Source: Phyllobates terribilis (lineage: Eukaryota). Taken from it: a stretch of 64,000 bases of DNA. A program made the position numbers and the translations under genes. The stretch spans positions 56,606,001 through 56,670,000 of the forward strand of contig NW_027362768.1 in NCBI RefSeq assembly GCF_046119375.1. The letters are read 5' to 3'. Positions 25,601-37,500 of this stretch are shown here, one piece after another; position 1 is the stretch's first letter; each line of letters begins with the position of its first letter. A model generated the notes under the pieces. It saw only the letters and a program-made list of their open reading frames with translations, made no database searches and was not told the origin of the DNA.

Positions 25601-25941
25601 GCTCCAGGTAGGCTGGCTGGCGGACACGACAGGTAACTGGCATACCTGAGGGCTGAAGCAAGTGTTAGCACACGGAACAACAACCTTTCACAGGCACCTC
25701 CATTTTGGAGGAGGTGCCTTATATAGGAGAAGTCCTCCGGCAATTGGCCGGGGACTCTTTAGGATGGCACGCGTGGCCCCTTTAAGAGGGAGGGAGCGCG
25801 CCCGCCCTAAACACAGTGCCCGGGAAGCTGCGCGCAGTGCGCTCCACAGCAGCAGGGGAGCCGGAAGACGCTGGACCAGGACCGCGGCGGTGAGGGGAAC
25901 GGCATCTCTGCCCGTCAGGAGGCAGAGACGCCAATGCTACA
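19682..25941 (-). mobile_element. Full-length chromodomain Gypsy (Tf1/sushi-like), frameshifted; LTRs 19682-20558 and 25124-25941
   Basis: Two TG...CA LTRs; PPT at 20559-20572; gag with CCHC knuckle, PR (LDSGA), RT, RH, IN (SDRGVQF, GQVERINQ) and a chromodomain at about 20620-20750. Confidence 0.95.
21019..21459 (-). mobile_element. 5'-truncated L2/CR1-type LINE 3' end inserted in the Gypsy integrase
   Basis: (TAA)n tail on the minus strand; TSD TCTTA at 21014-21018 and 21460-21464; the integrase frame HADK|RRLNPP rejoins on removal. Confidence 0.8.
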
Positions 25942-27780
25942 ACCTGTTTGCTTGTAATCAGTGTGTGTGCATAAAAGCTGAGTGAGTTTCTGGGATCCAG
26001 ACAGACTCTTGCATCTTTCATCCAGCCACTGACGTTACTGGATTGTGAGTCATGGGCAAAGAAAAAGAATTGTCAACGTATGTACGGGAAAAGGTAGTTG
26101 AACTGTATAACACAGGAAAGGGATACAAAAAGATATCCAAGGAATTGATAATGCCAGTCAGCAGCGTTCAAACTGTGATTAACAAATGGAAAATCAGGTA
26201 CTCTCTAAAAACCAAACCACGATCAGGTAGACCAACATAAAAATTTGGGATGCAAAGAAAAACACACAAATAACATCAGCTGAAATTCAGGACTCTCTGA
26301 AAACTAGCGGTGTGGCTTTTTCAAGATGCACAATAAGGAGGCACTTGAAGAAAAATGGGCTGCATGGTCAAGTCGCCAGAAGAAAGCCATTACTGCGCAA
26401 ATGCCACAAAGTATCTCACCTACTATATGCCAAACAGCACAGAGACAAGCCTCAAAACTTCTGGAACAAGGTAATTTTGAGTGATGAGACCAAAATTGGA
26501 CTTCTTGGCCACAACCATAAACGTTACATTTGGAGAGAGGTCAACAAGGCCTATGATGAAAGGAACACCATGCTTAGTGTAAAGCATGGGGGTGGATCGC
26601 TTTTGTTTTGGGGATGTGTGAGCTACAAAGGCACAGGAAACTTGGTAAAACTTGAAAAAAAGATGAATGCAGCACATTATCAGTAAATACTGGAGACAAA
26701 TTTGCACTCCTCAGCCCAGAAGCTGCGCATGGGAAGTACATGGACGTTTCAACATGACGACGATCCAAAACACAAGGCCAAGTCGACCTGTCATTGGCTA
26801 CAGCAGAACAAAGTAAAGGTTCTGGAGTGGTCATCTTAGTCTCCTGACCTCAATATCATTAAGCCACTCTGGGGAGATATCAAGCACGCAGTTCATGCTA
26901 GACAGCCCAGGAATTTACAGGAACTGGAGGCTTTTCGCCAAAAAGAATGGGCAGCTTTACCATCTGAGTAAATAAAGAACCTCATCCACAACTACCACAA
27001 AAGACTTGAAGCTGTCATTAATGTTAGATGGGTCAATACATGGTATTAAGAACTGGGGTATGTGAACTTTTTATCAGGGTCATTTGGATGTTTTTAGTTG
27101 TCATTAAGATTTAAAAAGAGAAAACACAGTCGTTTGACAATAAATGGCTTCACCCAACCAATAACCATGAGTGGAGAAAAAGTTTTTTTGTTATCATTCA
27201 TATTCTCTGAAACAAGATCGAGAAAGGAAAAATTCTGCAGGGGTATGTAAACTTTTGAGTACAACTGTAGATAGATAATAGATATACAGATAGATATAAA
27301 TATGTGATATATATAATCCATACTTAGCGTGTGTACCGTACTATTCATGTAATTTATTAATAAATGAGTAAATTTCTTGAAAAAAAATGGCATGGGGTCC
27401 CCCGTAAATTTATTAACCAGAAGATGGAAAGCGGACAACTGGGGCGGATATTTTTAGCCTGGGAAGGGGGTAATACCCATGGAGCTTCCCAGGCTACTAA
27501 TATCAACCCCCAGCTGTATACATAGCCTTTACTGGCTATTAAAATGGGGGACACCCCCAAAAAAAGGACGTGGGGTCCCCCTATTTTAACAGCTAGCAAA
27601 AGCTATGCAGACAGCTCACAGCTGATATTAATAGCCTAGGAAAGGGCCATGAATTATTGGCCCCCTCCAAGGCTAGAAACAAGAGCCTTCAGCCGCCGCA
27701 GAAATGGCGCATTCATAGGATGTGCCAATTCTGGCACTTAGGCTCGCTCTACCTACTGCCCTGTAGCGGTGGCAGAGGGG

Positions 27781-28198
27781 TTATAGGTTTGGGGTTGATG
27801 TCAGCTTATAATGCCAGCTGACATGAAGCCCAGTTAAGTAATGGAGAGGCATCTATAAGACGCCCCCAATACTAACCCCATAGTGTAAGTAAAATGTAAA
27901 GTAAAACACCCACACCCAGAATAAAATATTTTATTTGAAATAAACACAGTTTTCCTTTAATATTCTAAACTAAACCATACTTACCGTCATGCCCATTCCA
28001 GCTAAAGCCCTTGAACCAACCTCAACCTTACCTTTCCGACGTCCAAATAATGAGTGTCCCACGAAGATTCCATGAACAGAGCAGCCACGTAGTATGTGAC
28101 TGCTTTATTCATTTGCCGGCAATACACTGACTCAGTGTATAGCCAGCAAATCAGGTCACCACATGCGCAGTGAGTATTTTCCCACGCTTGCCAATGAG
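27781..28198. repeat. Right arm of the long inverted repeat (partner 17684-18068)
   Basis: Direct sequence comparison. Confidence 0.8.
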
Positions 28199-28505
28199 CT
28201 CAACTTAGTTCTCAAAGACTACTGCTCCCATCCAGCGGCGCCTGTGCCTGCTGTTTCCTATGGCACGAGGCGCCGGCTGATGGTGGTAGTAGTGCCATCA
28301 GCCGGCGCCTATGACTTGCGTTAAACTATTTAACGCTGGTTCACCTGTCAGTATGATGCCACAGCGCTCTGATCGCGGCAATGCAAGGCTGGAAACACCC
28401 GAACCCGAACAGTAACACAGACTTCCAGGTGAAGTCCGTGTTCGAGGTCCGGGACCGTACAGTAGATGTTCTGTACGAACTTTACTTACAAAGAACGCAT
28501 CTTTA

Positions 28506-29348
28506 GGCTATGTCCACGATGCAGAAATGAAGCAGAAAATTTCTGCAGCATTTCTGCATCTCCCTGGCAGAAAAAACGCATGCAGATTGTGCATGCGTTT
28601 TTCCTGCTGAATACATGCGGAATACATGCGGATTCACATGCGTATCCACATGCGTTAACGCATGTGTTTCCGCATGCGGACTGACAAGCACTTTCCAGGC
28701 GATAGCATCACTTGGAAAGTGCTTGACAACTAGGTCACACTGTATAAATCCATGCAAACGGCATGGATTTATACAGTGTGACCGTAAAAATAAAAAAAAT
28801 AAAGCTATACTCACCCTCGATGCCCCGGCGGGTGCTGCAGCGCTCGTCCTGGCTTCTTCCGGGTTGCCGGCACATCGCGAGACAGCCTGCGGTCACATGA
28901 CCGCGACGTCATCTCAGGTCCTGGAAGGAGAAGCGCTGCCGGCAAGCAGAGAGAAGCCGCCGAACAGGTGAATATAAACTTTATTTTTTATTTTATTCTT
29001 TTTTTTACAGGTACAATGGTACCCAGGTCTGGATGAGAGTCTTCTCTCCTCCAGAACTGGGTACCATCCGCACATTGAGACGCATGTTATCCGATTGCAC
29101 AAATGTACAGACGCGGATATTATGCGTCTCAATGCAAGTCAATGGCGGCGCTTCCGCAAAATTAATGAACATGCTGCGGATTTATTTGCGCTGCAGAAAC
29201 GCTGCGAAAAAATCCGCAGCATGTGCATTGACATTGCGGAATGCCTTTGGGGACCATGGGGTGCGGATTACCATGCGTTTTTGATGCGTTTCCGCTGTGG
29301 AAATTCCGCAGCATAAACGCATGAAAAACGCATCGTGTGCACACAGCC
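28506..29348. mobile_element. PIF/Harbinger (Tourist-like) MITE
   Basis: TTA|GGCTATGTCCAC ... GTGCACACAGCC|TTA, 3-bp TTA TSD. Confidence 0.8.
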
Positions 29349-29544
29349 TTAGCGTTCGAAACGCGTTGCCCTGGCTATACTACGTGACAATGGAATCTGT
29401 TTTTAAAGAGCTTTTTTCATAATAAAGAAACCTATTTTTTGAGCTATTCATGAAGCTGGTAATCCTTTCTCCTTATGCTGTGGAACTACTGCGAATGGTT
29501 CATCGCACCTATGCTTCAGGACGTCATTGCTCAGGTGAGCTGGT

Positions 29545-30742
29545 GTTACCTTATTACTACTCCAAAACATTGACTTTGTTATCCTTAAGCCACTTTGTTA
29601 CCATTTTGGCAGTATGCTTCGGGTCATTGTCCATTTGGAAGACCCATTTCCGCCCAAGCTTTAACTTCCTGGCTGATGTCTTGAGATGTTGCTTCAGTAT
29701 TGACACATAATCTTCTTTTCTCATGATGCTATCTATTTTGTGAAGTGCACCAGTCCCTCCTGCAGCAAAACAACCCCACAACATGATGCTGCCACCCTCG
29801 TGTTTCACATTTGGGATGGTGTTCTTAGGCTTCCAAGCTTCTCTCTTTTTCCTCCAAATGTAACGATGGTCATTATGCCCAAAAAGTTACATTTTAGTTT
29901 CATCAGACCACAAGACATGTCTCAAGACATGTCTCCAAAAATGAAGGTCTTTGTTCATGTTTGCATTTGCAAACATTAATCTGGCTTTATGTTTCTTTTG
30001 GAGTAATGGCTTCTTCCTGGCAGAGTGGCCTTTCAGCCCATGTTGATACAGTACTCGTTTCACTGTGGATATTGACATAATCTTACCAGCTTCCGCCATC
30101 ATCTTCACAAGGTCTTTTTTTTTTGTCCTTGGGTTGATATGCACATGTCGGACCAAAGCACATTCTTCTCTGGGACACAGAACCCGTCTCCTTCCTGAGC
30201 AGTATGATGGCTGGACATTCCCATTTTGTTTGTACTTGCGTATAATTGTTTGTACAGTTGAACGAGGCACCTTCAGGTATCTTGACATTGCACCCAAGGA
30301 TGAGCCAGATTTGTGCAAGTCCACAATTCTCTTCTTGATATCTTGGCTGATTTCTTTAAACTTTCCCATGATGCTACACAAAGAAGCAGTGTGTTTCAGG
30401 TGTGCATTAAATTACATCCACAGGTGTGTATCTGATTAACTCAGATGTTGGCAAAAAATCAGAAGCTTCCAAACACATGACATCATCATATGGACAGTCC
30501 AGAATTGTTTAAAGACATAGTAATCTTGGTGTATGTAAACTTTTGACTTTGCAGTAAGTAATAAAATTGCCTTAAAACATTCTCTCCCTCTCATTATTCT
30601 GGCATTTGGTGAATATTAAAAATTATGGTAATCCTAATTGACCTAAAACGGGAAAGGTTTATTCTGATTTCATGTAAGATATTGAGAAAACCATGCATAT
30701 GTGTCTTTTTATATAGTGTATGTAAGCTTCTGGTTTCAACTG
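29545..30742 (-). mobile_element. Tc1 element, 3'-truncated, degenerate transposase
   Basis: Minus-strand terminus TA|CAGTTGAAACC; ORFs MGKFKEISQD..., WSDETK, QMDNDPKH. Confidence 0.88.
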
Positions 30743-30899
30743 TATATAGTCTAGCTATCTTTCAAATAAATATGGGCATTCATTTAAAGCAGCATGAACC
30801 ACATGGTATCTTTGTGTGCCCAAGAACAAGGTGCTGTTGAGTACTTTGAGTATGTGGGAACAGATAAGGAAAATATAGAAGAATATAATAGAGAACAGG

Positions 30900-31552
30900 T
30901 ATATTTGTAAGGTGATATAATGGGTCTGCCCAAAGAGATGTAATTTTAAGGTACAGTTAAAACTGTGGACACTAGGAATTTATTTGTTTGTTTAGGGCAG
31001 TGCCTTCCAGACAACTGGTGCAGCATGAAAAAACTCTTGGAGAAGGGAGTGGAAGGATCAGATTATGGACAATGTTTTTCTCAGATCATTAGCAAAACAG
31101 AGAACATTGGTTATGTGTTAAACCTAGATACAGGAGGAGATTTGGGGGTGAAAGTGATAAATTTATGATATATTCTGTAGCAAATGAGTAACCAGTCAGT
31201 GCAATGAGTTGCACAGGATGGAGGCATTGGTGTATTGGCTGGACAAAAATATGAGACTGGCTGCTGCATTTAGGATAGAATGGAAAGAAGAGAGTTTAGT
31301 GAGAGTAAGGCCAATTGATAGTGAGTTGCAGTAGTCAAAAGAAAGATGAAGGTCGGCGGGTTTAAAAGTAAGAAAAGGTCAGATTCTGAACACATTTTTG
31401 AGGTGCATGTGACATGAACAAGTGGAACTTATTGTAGTAGCACATACAGGAATGGAAATATTAGGTTTAGATAGGTTAGTAGAGAGAGAAAACTCCTGAA
31501 GTTAAATTTGGAAAGAGTCAGTTTCAGATAGAGGGAGGACATGACGTTGGAG
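30900..31552 (-). mobile_element. L2 LINE fragment (RT C-terminus and 3' region)
   Basis: The minus strand reads as a decayed SSLYLKL(N)LSK.. motif typical of L2 RT; boundaries approximate. Confidence 0.65.
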
Positions 31553-34500
31553 ACACGTATTAAATATGCCTCCAGACGAGCCCAGGATGCGGAATCTCAC
31601 AGAAAACATCGGAAACAGGAGACACCACAACACACTGCCGCCAGACAAGCCCAGGATGCGGAATCTCACAGACAACGTCGGGAACAGAAGACACCACACC
31701 ACACTGCCTCCAGACAAGCCCAGGATGCGGAATCTCACAGACAACGTCGGGAACGAGAGACACCGCAACACACTGACGCTAGGCAGGAACACGATGCGGA
31801 ATCCCATAGACAATGTCGGGTGAATGAATCTCCAGAATTCAGGGCAAACAGAGAACAACACGATCGCCAAATTTATCAAAAACGAATGCTCTACCAACTA
31901 AGGCAAACCCAGCAGAATATTCAACAACTTGCACGTTATGTAACAGACAATGAAACTATAATTATTCAACACTACTGTGGGAATATGAATGTAGTTTGTT
32001 CTAAATGCGACTCTCTAAATTTCATTGAGGAAAAACCATCTGACAATCGGTTTACTCAATGCTGCAAAAAAGGAAAAGTTATGCTACCGATACGTCACTA
32101 CTCAGATCTGTTTGAGCAGTTGATGAAAGGAACGCATGAACACAGTAGAAATTTTATGGAAAATATCAGAAGTATCAACAGTTCTCATGCGTTTGCTTCA
32201 TTTGGTGCCAACATTGCACCGCCCCCTGGATTCGGACCGTATTGTTTTAAAATTCATGGCCAGATCTACCACCGCACTGGAGCACTTCACCCAGAAATAG
32301 GACAACCACCAAAATTTGCACAATTATACATCTTTGATCCAAATCAGGCTACAGAACAAAGGATGAACCTGAAAGAAAATGAAAAGTGTAATGCTGAACT
32401 GATGAACCTAATTGCCGTACATTTACAATCAGCCCATTTGCTGCCGCATATCGCATGCTAAAAGACGTCAAAGCTGAGTAGGAACAGAGAGCTATACAAA
32501 ATGGGACGGAAATGCCTTCTATTATCATGGCCATTAAACAAGAATGCCAACAAGATCCCCGATGTTACAACAAAGCACGTGTAAGTGAAGTCACAGTTGT
32601 TTTTCAAAACGATGATGGAGAGCTTCCTTTTCAAAGGGATATATTAGTCCATCTTAAGCCAGACCAAAACAACCCTTTCATTCCTAAAACACAGCGAATT
32701 AGCATTTTGCACAGAAACCTTGATGCTCTTCTGTATCTGCTATTCTTTCCAAGCGGTGATCAAAGGTGGCATGAAAATCTACACGAGCAAGGAACTTCAA
32801 GAAGAATTACACAACTACAGTACTACAGTTTTCTTCTGTCTGTCCGAAATTACTTCAATCCTATTTTAAACGGTGGGAAACTGACTGTTATGAACTGCTA
32901 CAAGCACTAAGAAAAGATAGGAAAACTGTCCCTACAATAGGACTAAGCTGATTCCCTATGATGCAGCGGGGGACCTGTTCGTTGTGAACAGACCAGCCTA
33001 AGTCCTCGGCTAGTCTGAGCACAGACCTATAGATATAAGGGAAGGGTCCCTACAAGAACTAAGGACTGGGATATAGATGGACACCTCCTAGCAGAAATTG
33101 TAGCAGAGCAAAGACAAACAAAGAAAAGTACTAGTGGTCCAAGGACCAAGCAAACTACTGAGTTAGGTGCAAGGCACCTGGCTAGCTTAAGAGTAAATGA
33201 AACACTGAAGTCCAGCAAGGCCAGAAGGGCGGAGCTGGATTATATAGGCAGAAAGTCATGTGACCAACAAAATAGAAAAAGAACTAACAGGAGGGTTCTA
33301 ACAGTACCCCCTCTTCTATGAGGATCCTCCGGATCCTCCAGGCCCAGGTCTATCAGGAAACCTCCTGTGAAACGCTCCGACAAGTCTAGGAGCAGAGACA
33401 TCATCCGCCTTTACCCAGGAGTTATCCTTGGGACCAAAACCTTTCCAAGCGACGAGATACTGCAACCTCCCTCTATGCCATCTAGAATTAAGAATGTGAG
33501 AAATTTCATATTCACCGTCTTCCACCACCGGAGGAACAGAGACCACCCAGATGACAGTGAAACCCTCAGAGGCAGGAAGGTCAGTAATAAAATCCATAGC
33601 AAGATGCGTCCAAGGTGCACTAGGAACCTCCAGAGGGCAAAGCAACCCCGCAGCAGGAGCATGTGAAGACTTAGATCTAGCACACACAGTACATTGACAC
33701 ACCCACTTAATGACTTCCTTCTGCCACCCAGGCCACCAAAAACTGCGACCTACAAGTCTCTTAGTCTCAGAAATTCCTGGATGACCTGCCAACCGAGACT
33801 CATGACACTCCACAAACAAATCTCTCCTAAAGTTCCAAGGCACAAACAACCTCCCATGGGGAGTGTTAGACGGGGCATCCTCCTGGGCTTTCAGAATCCC
33901 ATCTTCCAAAATGGAGTCCAATGCTGTTATCACAACACCTTCCTGTAAAATGCTCTCCTCCTCCTCGGTACCAACCATGGGAGAAAAGCTGCGAGATAAA
34001 GCATCAGCTTTTACATTCTTGGTACCCGCGATGTAAGTAACAGAAAAATTAAGCCACGAAAAAAAAAGTGCCCACCTAGCCTAACGGGCATTCAAGCGCT
34101 TGGCAGCATCAAGATAGATCAGATTCTTATGATCAGTGAAAACCTGAATGGGAAATTTAGCACCTTCCAGAGATGACGACAATGTTCAAATGCGAGTTTA
34201 ATAGCCAGCAATTCCCGATTACCAACATCGTAATTAAGTTCGGTCTCAGAAAATTTTTTTGAAAAAAAAGCACAGGGATGTACTCCATCCTTGTTTTCCT
34301 GAGACAAAACAGCACCGACCCCCACCGAAGAAGCATCAACCTCGACCAAAAAAGGCTTGGTCTCATCAGGCTGCATAAGGATGGGGGCAGAACTGAACCT
34401 CTCCTTGAGATACACAAAAGCTTCAATGGCCTCCGTAGTCCACAGAACCGTATTCGCACCTTTCCTGGTGAGATCGGTCAGCGGCTTGACAATTATAGAA

Positions 34501-37500
34501 AAATTCTTAATGAATTTTCTGTAATAATTGGCGAAACCCAAAAATCTCTGTATTGATTTCAAACCAATAGGCCTAGACCATTCCTGCACCGCCTGAACCT
34601 TCACCGGGTCCATCTCAAAGCCCTCGCTGGAGATAATGTAGCCCAAAAAACGAATTCTCTGCACAGCGAACTCACATTTCTCCAGCTTAGCAAAAAGTGA
34701 ATTGTCACTTAACAACTGCAATACCTCACGTATGCTCTGCCAATGAGACTCCAGATCCAGCGAATAAATCAAAATGTCATCCAAATACACAACCACATTC
34801 TTACCAATCAAAGGTCTCAGGATGTCATTAATAAGGTTCTGAAAAAACGCTGGTGCATTGGTAAGACCAAAAGGCATAACCAGATTCTCAAAATAACCCA
34901 CCGGAGTGTTAAAAGCAGTTTTCCATTCATCACCTTCCTTCATACGTAACAAATTGTATGCCCCCCGGAGATCAATTTTAGAGAACCACTTGGCTCCCAC
35001 TAACTGGTTGAACATGTCAGGAATTAATGGCAGTGGGTAGGAATTGCGTAGGGTAATTTTATTAATTTCACGAAAGTCCAGACATGGACGTAAACCGCCG
35101 TCTTTTTTTTTTACAAAAAAAAATCCAACAGCCACAGGAGACTTAGAAGGTCTAATGTGACCGGCGGCCAAGCTTGTCTGTATGTATTCCTCCAAGGCCT
35201 TTCTCTCAGGGATAGTCAGATTAAATAAGCGACTCTTGGGAAGAGTAGCTCCAGAGACAAACTCAATGGTGCAATCATAGTCTCTATGAGGAGGCAAAAC
35301 TTGCGACTCCTCCTCAGAAAAAACCTTCCAAAAATCCTGAATAGGTACAGGTAATTCCCCTTTTTCCACAGCAGCAATGCGACCATTACAACATTTATCA
35401 TGACACTTAGGGCTCCAAGACTTAATTTCATGGGTAGACCAGTCCAGTACAGGATTGTGCAATTTTAACCAAGGTAACCCCAAAACCACTGGAGAAGGCA
35501 AATTATTTAATACCGCCAAATCCAAATTCTCTTGGTGAATACCATTAATGGTGAGGGGAAACTCAAAAACCTTGTGAGTAATACATTTCAAAGGAGAGCC
35601 ATCAACAGCAACCACAGAAATAGGAGATGACAAAAGTTTGGATTCTAATTTAAATTTTAACAAAAATCCCTTATCAATCACATTGAGTGTAGAACCACAA
35701 TCCACAAATACCCGAAATTCAATCAACTCCTCCTGAAATGAGGTGCTCCCAGAAAGAAATACTCCCTTAGTGTTTAAACAAGCTATACGGGCGTAACTGA
35801 CCTTTTTTTTTTCTTTGTTCAAACGAAGCACACAGTTCTTAATAAAGTGGTCAGATTTACTGCAGTAAAAACATAATCCCTTAGCAAACCTGCGGTCTTT
35901 TTCCTGAGAATGGGGTGACATCGCCCCAATCTCCATCGGTTCTCCACCTTCCGAGCAGACCCTCTGAAAACTAGGAGCTGCCATAGCAGTAGATTTCTCT
36001 TCATTAATCCTAGCACGCAGTCTCCTGTCCACACGTACAGCTAATTGCATTGCCTCCTGCAAGGTTCCAGGTGTTGGGAAGGCAATCAGCAGATCCTTAA
36101 CCCTTTCACTTACACCAGCAAGAAACAGACATTTTAATGCCGAGTCATTCCATTCCACTTCGGCCGACCATCTTCTGAAGTATGTACAATAATTTTCCAC
36201 ATCACCTGATCCCTGCTTCAAATGTCTTAATTCAGTTTCAGCAGATGAGACTCGATCAGGATTGTCATACAACAACCCCATAGCAGAAAAAAAATCTTCC
36301 ACTGATCTAAAACACGGATCATTAGGTTGGAGAGAAAAGGCTCATCACTGTGGTTCTTTGTGCAAAAGTGCCATTATAAACCCAATGCGCTGTGATTCAT
36401 TCCTAGAGGTTCTGGGTCTTAAACGAAAATATAATAAACAAGCGTTTTTAAAGGAAAAAAAATCTTGCTGTTTACCATAAAAAAAATCATCTGGCAGATC
36501 TACCTTCGGTTCCACAAAATGCGCTCCAGGATAGCTACTCAAGTGTTGCTGGAGCTCGGCCACCTCCAAAGACAGTCCCTGTAGGCGTTGAGCCAACTCC
36601 TGAACCGACACCATGCTGATATCTGGATTTCTTTCCTAAGAGTGTTTTATTTTTGTTTTGGGCTGGACTTACTGTTATGAACTGCTACAAGCACTAAGGA
36701 AAGATAGGAAAACTGTCCCTACAATAGGACTAAGCTGATTCCCTACGATGCAGCGGGGGACCTGTTCCTTGTGAACAGACCCGCCTAAGTCCTCGGCTAG
36801 TCTGAACGCAGACCTATAGATATAAGGGAGGGGTCCCTACAAGAACTAAGGACTGGGATATAGATGGACACCTCTTAGCAGAAATTGTAGCAGAGCAAAG
36901 ACAAACAAACAAAAGTACTAGTGGTCCAAGGACCAAGCAAACTACTGAGTTAGGTACAAGGCACCTGGCTAGCTTAAGAGTAAATGAAACACTGAAGTCC
37001 AGCAAGGCCAGAAGGGCAGAGCTGGATTATATAGGCAGAAAGTCATGTGACCAACAAAATAGAAAAAGAACTAACAGGAGGGTTCTAACACTGACATAAC
37101 AGTACTTAGTCAACGCATACATTAAAATTGAAGCTAATCAGCTCAATTTCATACGAATGAACCAAAAACATCTTAAAATTGAAGACTACTGCATTCTTCA
37201 AGAACATTTGCAAAAACAATCCATTCAAAAAGGAATTCCAATTGGAAAAACAGTAATTCTCCCGTTGTCGTTTGAAGGTAGCCCCCGCAACATGCAACAG
37301 CGTTATCAAGTTGCTATGGCAATAGTAACAAAGTATGGAAGACCTGACATTTTTGTAACAATGACCTGTAATCCTAAATGGCCGGAAATTACCGAAAATC
37401 TACAACACTGGCAGCAAGTTGAACACAGGCCGGACTTAGTTGCACGCGTATTTCGACTAAAACTCAGCAGCCTTTTTAAAGACATTAAAAATGGGCTTTT

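Larger units (their letters stand above)
19421..27267 (+). mobile_element. Full-length Tc1 element, degenerate, split by a Gypsy insertion
   Basis: TA|CAGTTATGCTCAAAATTTTACATACCCC ... GGGGTATGTAAACTTTTGAGTACAACTG|TA; transposase remnants at 26052-27050 (SDETK, HDDDPKH). Confidence 0.9.

Noticed and set aside
25073-25743. 184- and 172-aa repetitive ORFs
   Set aside because: They derive from the about 39-bp repeats inside the LTR.
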